From: Mobula hypostoma
Taxonomy: Eukaryota
Direction of reading: 5' to 3'
Assembly: GCF_963921235.1 (NCBI RefSeq)
Contig: NC_086097.1
Location: forward strand, 196,914,001-196,978,000
Length of the DNA: 64,000 nucleotides
In this document: one piece after another, positions 1-9,874 of the stretch
Layout: each line of letters opens with the position of its first letter
How positions within the stretch are numbered: the first letter of the stretch is position 1
Made by a program: the position numbers and the translations under genes
Notes under the pieces: model-generated
What the model was told of the DNA's origin: nothing
Seen by the model: the letters and a program-made list of their open reading frames with translations, nothing else
Databases searched by the model: none

Positions 1-185
1 CTGGTGGCCCTCCAGTTTCCCACCAATCCTAAAGATATGCTGAACGACGGGTTAATTGGCTACTGTAAATTGCCCCAGTAATTGTGGTAATTATAGAGAA
101 CATTGGGAAAATAACAACTAATATAGAATGTGTGCTTGATATTGACTTCCTGTGCTAAAGGCCCTTTTTTGCTCTTTTCACTGTT
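1..185 (+). mobile_element. Degenerate V-SINE/HE1-like SINE fragment
   Basis: ctccagtttcccaccaatcctaaaga...gggttaattggctactgtaaattgccc resembles the V-domain of the better copy at 29695-30009. Confidence 0.6.
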
Positions 186-322
186 TGACCTTTTATTTTT
201 TCGCGATGTTGCTTAATACTAGATTTTCTGACCAGAAGAAACACCCTTTCTTGCAGGGACCCTCAGGATACAGCTTATGATCTTATTTCTATAATATCCC
301 TGGAAAGATTTTGCAAAGTTTT

Positions 323-488
323 AGTGTGGAAATCTTGTCAATGCAATGGCCCAAAGATATCCTTATTTCTCCTTTGAATTTGTTCGCAGACTCTGTATAA
401 GACTCAGTGTGGAAATCTTGTCAATGCAATGGCCAAAAGATATCCTTATTTCTCCTTTGAATTTGTTCGCAGACTCTGTATAAGACTC
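323..488 (+). repeat. 83-bp tandem duplication spanning a ROCK1 splice acceptor
   Basis: 323-405 and 406-488 are identical except C352/A435. Confidence 0.97.
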
Positions 489-576
489 AAGTTAAGGAGC
501 TCAAAGAGGAAAATGAGGAGAAGAATCGAATAAACAGTGAACTTCAGAGGAGGATGCAGGAGCTTGTTAGTGAAAG
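473..576 (+). CDS. ROCK1: ROCK1 internal exon (approx. human exon 22), coiled coil
   Basis: ttcgcAG|ACT CTG TAT AAG...GAA AG|gtacaa; TLYKTQVKELKEENEEKNRINSELQRRMQELVSE; 104 nt, phase 0 to 2. Confidence 0.95.
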
Positions 577-921
577 GTACAAAATTTGATATGGCGAACC
601 TGTTTTACAAAGGGTGATGTTGAAATACTATAGTACATGTACATTCATGGAATGTTTTGCACATTGAGAGTGCTATCTACATATGAATGGAACCATTTTT
701 AACCGTTCTCTCATTCCCAACAGTCCAAACTGCCTAAAGTTCAGGCGATACTAGCTTGAATGGATGTAGCTAAAGTGCAGTTAATCCATTTAACCTGTGG
801 TTTGGCACTGACAAGCCTGTCAAGCCTACTTCTTGTATGATTAAAAATGTACATTGTGCTAGGTTTGTTTTGGAATGCTTGATTCTTTTTCCCCCTTAAA
901 CTGTTTTCTTTTATTTTCCAC

Positions 922-1640
922 ATTGAATTGAATTGACTTTATTTCTTATATCCCTCACATACATGAATAAAAATCTTTACGTTATGTCTCTTTCTAAATG
1001 TGCAATGTGCAATCATAATAAATAGAACAGTCATTGTAACATAGAAATACACTCAAATCAGCGTGAGTTAATCAGTGAGATAGCGTGATGGAAGAAGCTA
1101 TCCCCAAGCCTGTTGGTCCTGACTTTTATGGTATGGTACCGTTTCCCAGATGGTAGCAGCTGGAATAGACCGTGGTTGGGGTGACTCAGGTCCCCAATGA
1201 ACCTTCAGGCCCTTTTTTCACACCTGTCTTTGTAAATGTCCTGAATCATGGGAAGTTCACAACTGCAGATGCTTGGCTGTCTGCACTGTTCTCTGCAGAA
1301 TCCTGTGATTAAGTGGGGTACAGTTCCCATGCCAGGCAGTGATGCAGCCAGTCAGGATGCTCTCAATTGTGCCCCTGTAGAAAGTTCTTAGGATTTGGGG
1401 GCCTAAACCAAACTTCCTCAACCATCTGAGGTGTAAGAGGCGCTGCTGTGCCTTTGTCACCACACAGTTGGCATGTACAGACCACGAGGTCCTCGGTGAT
1501 GTGGATGCTGAGGAAATTAAAGCTGTTTACCCTCTCAACCCCAGATCCATTGATGTCAATAGGGGTTAGCCCATCTCCATTCCTCCTGTAATCCACAACC
1601 AGCTGCTTTGTTCTTGCAACATTGAGGGAGAGATTGGGAC
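922..1640 (-). mobile_element. 5'-truncated Rex1/Babar-clade LINE
   Basis: ORF pieces PIDINGSGVERVNSFNFL and KAQQRLLHLRWLRKFG...FYRGTIESILTGCITAWHGNC; (TTCAA)n tail on the minus strand. Confidence 0.85.
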
Positions 1641-1763
1641 ATTGTCTCCAATCATAGGGAGCTCATGAACTACTTTGTTACTAACAGTGCAACCATCTAG
1701 TTGACTATCTCTGATCTTAACAGGTCAGATTTATTGCTTCCCTCTAGTTTACCTTTGATCTTT

Positions 1764-2597
1764 TTCAAAGGTTCAAAGGTCAAATTTAATGCCAGAGATA
1801 TGTATACAATATACATCCTGAAATGCTTTTTCCCCGCAAAACATCCACGAAAACGGAGAAGTGCCCGAAAGAATGAATGACAGTTAAATGTGAGAACCCC
1901 AAAGCCCCCCCAAGCTCCCCCCTCCCACGCGTAAGCGGCAGCGAGGGGCAATCCCCCCTCCCCCCACCAGCAAAAAAATAACGAGCATCGGTACTATCAC
2001 CGAGCCCAAGTGTGTGCGCTAAGCAATAGTAAAGACACAGACCAAAGTTACCCCAAAGGCATTTCATCCGAAATTCGACAACCCACAGGTTCTCTCTCTC
2101 CCTGGCAAGAGAGAGAGAGGTGTCCCCCATTTTCACAGCGAGCGGGAGAAATAATAACAACCGGCTGGTTTGCGATGTTAAAAGTCCATATCGCCGCTTT
2201 TTTTTCCTGAGTTCTGTGTCCAAAGTTTGCAAAGACCTCGAGTCTTCGGGCCCACAGCGAAAGATTTTCTGGCCTCCCTGAAGACACACGAGTCTCCTCC
2301 CGTAACAACGACCCTTGATCTGCCCGCCTCCAGAGCCCCAAGATCTAAGGCTTCCGAACACGATCGAGATTCTCAGGCCAAACCCTTGGCATGTCAAATC
2401 GCGGCCAGTCGCGGAGCCCCGAGAACAGGTCCCATTCCCGCAAAGAACTGAAGCCTGCGTGTAACTCCAGGTTAGGGTCTTCAAAAGAACTCTGAAAGGG
2501 AAAAATAAAGATATTAATGGTAGAAATAGAGCTGTTTCCGAAGATGCAAGCAAAGGAGACGCCATTAGGCACCATCGTTCTCCTAAGCTCTGCCCCC
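1764..2597 (-). mobile_element. Non-coding interspersed repeat, probably a non-autonomous retroposon with a Rex1-like tail
   Basis: GC/CpG-rich 0.83-kb block; short repeated tail (ttcaaaggttcaaagg on +); no recognisable protein. Confidence 0.55.
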
Positions 2598-2744
2598 AGG
2601 TACTGTCTTCTGTCTTCAAAATAATGAGACATACTTCCTCTCTTGTGGAACTACTGACTATTCGGCTTCCCTTCCTGACTGACATATTGACTGATTTTGT
2701 TGTTCCTCCTTCCTTAAATTCTTTCTCTTTCTCTTCATCTGCTG

Positions 2745-3705
2745 TGTTGATGATACTCAGATTTACGTAAGTGTCATCAAGTGACGGTGGTCCCATACAA
2801 TCACTAAAAAACTGTACTGAACACTGATTGGATGTGTCAGAATTTCCTCCAGTTAAACAGAGAAAACTGAAATAATTGTTTTGGTGCCAAAAAAGAACGA
2901 TTAAAAGACGGTGCTCACTTAGAATCGCTGTTGTTCCAGTCCACAAACCAAGCCTGAAACCTTGGTGTTGTGATGGACTCTGACTTAAATTTTAACTGCC
3001 ACGTTAAGACAATTACAAAGTCAGCCTCCTACCATTTAAAAAAAAATAGCAAGAATTAAATTGCTTATGCCTCAGCAAGATCTAGAAAAACTCATCCATG
3101 CATTTATTTTTAGTAGGCTTGACTCGTGACGTTTTCACGGGTCTCTGTAAGAAATCCCTCAGACAGCTGCAGCTCATTCAGAACGCCACTGCTAGAGTCC
3201 TCACTGAGACCTAAAAAGTAGAACACTTCACTCCCGTTCTCAGATCACTGCACTGGCTTCCTGTCCATCAGAGGATTGACTTTAAAAAATTACTTCTGGT
3301 TTATAAAGCACTGAATGGTCTTGGGCCAAAATACATCTCCGATCTCTTGCTGCATTATGAACCTTCTAAGCTTTCAGGTCATCTGGGATGGGTCTGCTTA
3401 CCGTCCCAAGAGTTAAAACTAAACGTGGTGAAGCAGCTTTTAACGACTATGCTCCACATAACTTGAATAACCTTCCAGATGATCTGAAGTCTGCCCCAAC
3501 TTTAAGCTCTTTTAAATAGAGGCTTGAAAGTTTTCTTTTCGCTGTAGCTTTTAATTAGAATCTCCTGCACTAACTTTTATTCCTTTTTTTTGTGATTATA
3601 TTGTCTGAAATTTGATGTTTGATTTCTATATCTTGTTTTATGTAAAGCACTTTGAACTGCCTTGTGTTTGAAAATTGCTATACAAATAAACTTGCCTTGC
3701 CTTGC
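2745..3705 (+). mobile_element. 5'-truncated L2-clade LINE (teleost-like)
   Basis: Frameshifted DDTQIY...WMCQNFLQLN...DLEKLIHAFIFSRLD...LQLIQNA...TPVLRSLHWLPVHQRIDFK...VYKALNGLGPKYISDLL; 3' end tgtaaagcactttga...AATAAA(CTTGC)3. Confidence 0.9.
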
Positions 3706-3821
3706 ACCTTTTGCTTAATGTTAAACCTGAGCTCGTTGATCCATAAGCCTTTTGATTACGGAAATAATGAAGTCATAAAGCACAAAGGCACAGAATCAGG
3801 CTCTTTGGTTCATCTGGTCCA

Positions 3822-6175
3822 GGACAGATTCCTGTCACAGTATGCTGACAGACCGACTAGGGGGAATGCCATACTGGATCTAGTACTAGGTAATGAACCG
3901 GGTCAGGTCACAGATCTCTCAGTGGGTGAGCATCTAGGGGACAGTGACCACCGCTCCCTGGCCTTTAGCATTATCATGGAAAAGGATAGAATCAGAGAGG
4001 ACAGGAAAATTTTTAATTGGGGAAGGGCAAATTATGAGGCTATAAGGCTAGAACTTGCGGGTGTGAATTGGGATGATGTTTTTGCAGGGAAATGTACTAT
4101 GGACATGTGGTCGATGTTTAGAGATCTCTTGCAGGATGTTAGGGATAAATTTGTCCTGGTGAGGAAGATAGAGAATGGTACGGTGAAGGAACCATGGGTG
4201 ACAAGTGAGGTGGAGAATCTAGTCAGGTGGAAGAAGGCAGCATACATGAGGTTTAGGAAGCAAGGATCAGATGGGTCTATTGAGGAATATAGGGAAGCAA
4301 GAAAGGAGCTTAAGAAGAGGCTGAGGAAAGCAAGAAGGGGGCATGAGAAGGCCTTGACGAGTAGGGTAAATGAAAACCCCAAGGCATTCTTCAGTTATGT
4401 GAAGAACAAAAGGATGACAGGAGTGAAGGTAGGACCGATTAGAGATAAAGGTGGGAACATGTGCCTGGAGGCTGCAGAAGTGAGCGAGGTCCTCAATGAA
4501 TACTTCTCCTCGGTATTCACCAATGAGAGGGAACTTGATGACTGTGAGGACAATATGAGTGAGGTTGATGTTCTGGAGCATGTTGATATTAAGGGGGAGG
4601 AGATGTTGGATTTGTTAAAATGCATTAGGACGGATAAGTTCCCGGGGCCTGACGGAATATTCCCCAGGCTGCTCCACAAGGCGACGGAAGAGATTGCTGA
4701 GCCACTGGCTTGGATCTTTCTATCCTCGTTGTCCATGGGAATGCTACCGGAGGATTGGAGGGAGGCGAATGTTGTTCCCTTGTTCAAAAAAGGTAGTAGG
4801 GATAGTCTGGGTAATTATAGACCAGTGAGCCTTACATCTGTGGTGGGAAAGCTGTTGAAAAAGATTCTTAGAGATAGGATCTATGAGCATTTAGAGAATT
4901 GTGGTCTGATCAGGGACAGTCAGCATGGCTCTGTGAAGGGCAAATCGTGCCTAACAAGCCTGATAGAGTTCTTTGAGGAGGTGACCAGGCATGTAGATGA
5001 GGGTAGTGCAGTGGATGTGATCCACATGGATTTTTGTAAGGCATTTGACAAGGTTCCACACAGTAGGCTTATTCAGAAAGTCAGAAGTCATGGGATCCAG
5101 GGAAGTTTGGCCATGTGGATCTAGAATTAGCTTGCCTGCAGAAGGCAGAGAGTCGTGGTGGAGGGAGTACGTTCAGATTGGAGGATTGTGACTGGTGGTG
5201 TCCCACAAGGATCTGTTCTGGGACCTCTACTTTTCGTGATTTTTATTAATGACCTGGATGTGGGGGTAGAGGGGAGGGTTGGCAAGTTTGCAGACGACAC
5301 AAAGGTTGGTGGTATTGTAGACAGTGTAGAGGATTGTCAAAGATTGCAGGGAGACATTGATAGGATGCAGAAGTGGGCTGAGAAGTGGCAGATGGAGTTC
5401 AACCCAGAGAAGTGTGAGGTGGTACACCTTGGAAGGACAAACTCCAAGGCAGAGTACAAAGTAAATGGCAGGATACTTGGTAATGTGGAGGAGCAAAGGG
5501 ATCTGGGGGTACATGTCCACAGATCCCTGCAAGTTGCCTCACAGGTGGATAGGGTAGTTAAGAAAGCTTATGGGGTGTTAGCTTTCATAAGTTGAGGGAT
5601 AGAGTTTAAGAGTCGCAATGTAATGATGCAGCTCTATAAAACTCTGGTTAGGCCACAATTGGAGTACTGTGTCCAGTTCTAGTCACCTGACTATAGGAAG
5701 GATGTGGAAGCATTGAAAAGGGTACAGAGGAGATTTACCAGGATGCTGCTTGGTTTGGAGAGTATGCATTATGATCAGAGATTAAGGGAGCTAGGTCTTT
5801 ACTCTTTGGAGAGAAGGAGGATGAGAGATGACATGATACAGAGGTGTACAAGATAATAAGGGGAATAGATAGAGTGGATAGCCAGCACCTCTTCCCCAGG
5901 GCACCACTGCTCAATACAAGAGGACTTGGTTTTAAGGTAAGGGGTGGGAAGTTCAAGTGGGATATTCGAGGAGGGTTTTTTACTCAGTGTTTGGTGCGTG
6001 GAATGTACTGCCTGAGTCAGTGGTGAAGGCAGATACACTGGTGAAGTTTAAGAGACGACTAGACAGGTATATGGAGGAATTTAAGGTGGGAGGTTATATG
6101 GGAGGCAGGGTTTGAGGGTTGGCACAACATTGTGGGCTGAAGGGCCTGTACTGTGCTGTGCTATTCTATGTTCTG
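3822..6175 (+). mobile_element. Young 5'-truncated CR1 LINE (ORF2 RT pseudogene)
   Basis: ORFs 3652-5124 and 5155-5595 carry NYRPVSLTS, GVPQGSVLGP and FADDTK; in-frame stops at 5122, 5128 and 5593; ttctatg tail; TSD TGGTCCA at 3815-3821 and 6176-6182. Confidence 0.95.
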
Positions 6176-7100
6176 TGGTCCATGCTGAACAATTACTGTC
6201 TAGTCCCATCGACCCACATGTGGACCACAGCCCTCCATACCGCTCCCATCCATGTACTTATCTAAACGTCTCTGAAATTTTGAAATCAAACCACTTCTGC
6301 TGGCAACTCGTTCCACACTCTCACAACTCTGAGTGAAGAAGTTCCCCTTCAGGCTTCCCTTAAATCTCTTTTCACCCTAAAGTAATTATCTCCAGTCCTA
6401 GTTTCACCCAACCTCTGGAAAAAGCCTGCTGCATTTACCCTATTTATACAGCTTGTAACTTTGTAATGCTTGATCAAATCCTCCCTTATTCTCCTACTCT
6501 CCAGGAAATAAAATCTTAAACTACTTAACCTTTTCCTATAACTCGGGTCCTCAAGTCTTGGTAACATCGTTGTAAATTTGCTCTGTATATCTTCTCTCTA
6601 CTTCTGTTTGAAACCTGTTATGATTTTGGATGCCTCAACCAGGGTCAGACCAAATTTTTTTTTCTCTCAAGAAACGCTTATTCCTTGAATCATTCTAATA
6701 AGACTTTCTTGTATGCTTTCTAAGATTTTTACGTCCTTTTATATTGTGGTCACAAGAATTGGATGCAATATTGCAGTTGTGGGCCAACCAGTGCTTTATA
6801 TAGGTTTAGCGCTACTTCCCTGCTTTTGCACTTAATTCATTTCTTAAAGAATCCCTGGATACCATACGCAATATCGGTCACACCCAACTTGCCTTGCTAC
6901 TTTCCAAAGATGCAAGTATACATGCAAATTACTTTTTTTCCTGTAAACCCTGTGCCACTTAGTCTATATTATCTCTCCTTATTTAGTCTGTATTCTCTCC
7001 TTTATATAAATCTGCAATAATCTTCAAGTTTATCTGCTATTTGTCTGCACATTCTGTCAGGTTATCTCTGCAGACTACCATTAACCTCTATTTAGCACAA
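6176..7100 (-). mobile_element. Older CR1 3' portion(s); host of the 3822-6175 insertion (its tail lies at ~3768-3821)
   Basis: ORF 6349-6567 resembles the CR1 ORF2 C-terminus; the two flanks join into a tail like the one at ~32620. Confidence 0.75.
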
Positions 7101-7165
7101 TACAATCATTCTGTCACCCAAAAATGTAAGCTTGTACCTTGCACATTCATGTCAACAATAACAGA

Positions 7166-7680
7166 GACTCAGTGGCCACTGTGTTAGTTACTCCTGTACC
7201 TAATAACTTGACTACTGAGTGTTTGTCTGTAGCCAATCTACTTCAAGGTTCAATGTGTTGTGCTTTCAGAGATGCTCTTTTGTACACCACTGTTTTAATG
7301 TGTAGTTATCAGTTACTATTGTCTTCCTGTCAGCTTCAACCTTTCTGGTCATTCTCCTCTGACCTTTCCCATTGACAATACATTTTCACCCATAGAACTG
7401 CCACACACTGGATTTTTTTTTGCTTTTCATTACTTTTCTCTGTAAACTCTAGAGACAGTTAGGCCTGAAAATCCCAGGAGATTAGCAGTTTCAGAGATGC
7501 TCAAGCACCTTATCTGGCACCAACAATCATTCCGCCATCAAAGTCACTTAGATTATTTCTGATGTTTGGTCTGAACAACATCTGAACTTGACCATGTCTG
7601 CATGAGTTGCTGTCATACATTTGGCTGATTAGGTACTTGGATTACCGAGCAAGTGTGCCTAATAGAGCGAACACTGAGTG
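7166..7680. mobile_element. Tc1/mariner-derived non-autonomous DNA transposon
   Basis: Left end actcagtggccact...ttag.tac and right end gtgcctaatagagcgaacactgagtg are imperfect inverted termini; a third TIR copy lies at ~7196-7222. Confidence 0.75.
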
Positions 7681-7954
7681 CGTATTTTAAAAAAAAAACA
7701 GAGTTAATATTGACCTCTGAGAAGTAGTCCTGTCTAACATCCTCCAGTATGAAGACAGTCATTTATCACTATACTTTATATCTGTAATCCAATTTCATGG
7801 GCACACTGCACAAAACATTCTGTGGGCCACAATTCTATCCAGCTCTTTTTGAAAAGATTTATTGAATACTTTTAAAATTCCAGTCATTTCTACTGCATTA
7901 CTTTCAACTGTCTTTCTGTATTTTATTCTAACACAATTTACCTTTAATAAATCT

Positions 7955-8830
7955 GTCATAGAGACATATAGCATGGTAACAAGCCATTCAGCCCACCATA
8001 TCCACATTACTCAATTGCACCCTTCCAGCATGACTCCTAGCCTTTTGCAGTAATAAAGCGCTCATTTATTAAATGTGCTCAGTGACGACTACTATCACTC
8101 TGAGGCATCTATTCCAGGTGCTCGCCATTCTCTAAGTGGAAAGGTTTCCTGTACTCTACTCCAGAGATGCTTTTATACACCTCAATTTGTCCACTTTTAA
8201 CCAACGCTGCAGAGAAAATGGCCTTCAGATCGGAAACACTTCTCAAGTCACCCTTCAAGAACTGGAACACTGTATCCCAAGCAACATCCAGGTGGATCTC
8301 CTGTTCCCTCTCTTCAGCGTAATGACATCTTTTACTGCAGTGCAATATTCTAATTGAGACTGACAAATGTTTTTTAAAGTTGGAACTAAACCTTTCTCCT
8401 CTTATAGTCAATGTTGTACTGTTCTGCAAGTACATATCCAATTGTCGACTGGGTGTGATGGGATTTTGACCACCACCTCCCTTCCGAGCATAAATTTCAG
8501 ATCTCTACATCCATCTTTCCCCATTTATCCCCTCAGATATATATCAGTACTCCAAAAACTATGCCCCTGGTATTTAGTTCCTCTGCTTATAAACTAACCT
8601 AGGCATCTCAGTTAAGCCTCAGTTCAGCTTTGCTGTTTCCAAGAAAACAACCTTAGCTTACCCAATAAAGATACCAGATCTGACAACATGGCCTGAAGTC
8701 TCCTCTGCTGAATTCTGATACAATCGCACATTTTCAATGTGATGAACAGAAATGTATGTACCACTCAAGTTGTGGTCTAACTGGTAATAGTCCCATCATG
8801 ACCCCTCTTACTGATGTATAAAATATCAGT
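7955..8830 (-). mobile_element. Degenerate CR1 3' fragments
   Basis: Tail catagagacatatagcatgg...gccattcagccc followed by decayed ORF2 C-terminal sequence. Confidence 0.6.
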
Positions 8831-9361
8831 AATGTCATGGCTGATCCACTCGTTGCCTCCATATTGATACTTCCCTAATCTCTCTCCAGATCGCTTGCCT
8901 CATTTTTAATTCAAATGTTTGACAAGTGTCATACTTCCTTTCTTCTTTTCTTTCTCACTTGTCTACCAAGAATTTTGTTAGTTTTCTTTCTTTTCACTTT
9001 GTGTGAATAGAGGAATCTTTTTCTAGATTCTCTTGAGGTTTTTCTTAAAAATTCCACTCTATCCTAATCAAATCCGTTCTTATTTCTTTCAAGTTGCTCA
9101 CTATCCAATTTAGTTTCCTTAAGATTTCTTCTTCAGTTTCTTATAAATATGCAGATGTTCTTATGGGTTCAGATGTTCTCACTCTGGTATTAATTTCTCT
9201 GAACCATACCAAGCAATGCTTCTTTTCTCAGGCTAGACACAGTGAAGAAAATGTTACTGATTATAATTTAGAAGGTCCTTTTATATTGCACCTTTTTTCC
9301 CATAATAGTAGAGTTGTCAAGCAGTACAACAAATACAGGCCCTTTGGCTTAATGAGTTCCT

Positions 9362-9850
9362 TAAGATTCCTTAAGGCTATAAGGTTGTTATAGCCAATGG
9401 TGTTAGTAGGGACAAGCTCCCACTACCTATTAAATGCTTCAAATGGTGTGCACCTCAAATAACCTCTGACAACTAAGTCCAGCTCCTGACCTTCACGTGT
9501 GGCTTAGCTACTAAGCCCATCAGAACCGTTTTTACTGACAGGAGAAAGGGCAAAGGCGGGTTACTGGCACCTTAAAACTAGTCATTTCGGGCATATGGGG
9601 CTCGTCAGCCGTGGTTGGCAGCTCATCTATGAGAAGGAAAACTCTGATCTTAAATCTCTGCTGCCTTGCGGCTGTACCCACTCATGGGGAAGGCTTTGCA
9701 AGTAAACTCAGACGGAAAAATCTGGAGCTGGAGTCCCTACAGCAGTCCGACATTGAGTTAATGTTGACTGACAACTCCTATGACACTGCTGGTACCAAAC
9801 TGTATAGGTCTCTGCCATTCCTTTGGGGTCATCAGATCCATGATCAACTC
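9362..9850 (+). mobile_element. RTE-like 5'UTR-derived non-autonomous element
   Basis: Contains gagaaggaaaactctga (from 9631), a motif I associate with RTE 5'UTRs; several internal inverted repeats; no ORF. Confidence 0.55.
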
Positions 9851-9874
9851 TGACCAATGAACGCCTCGGACTCG

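Noticed and set aside
390..472. New intron created by the 83-bp duplication
   Set aside because: The GTs at 407 and 409 are weak donors and would leave 17 or 19 extra nt, which is out of frame.
1786..2946. 386-aa minus-strand ORF as a novel gene
   Set aside because: It crosses antisense L2, unique sequence and a GC-rich repeat, has no recognisable domain and uses a non-ATG start; a chance open frame.
3652..5124. 490-aa ORF as a domesticated RT gene
   Set aside because: It starts at TTG in the L2 tail, runs into a truncated CR1 and stops before the catalytic DD motif; a near-identical copy lies at 61 kb.
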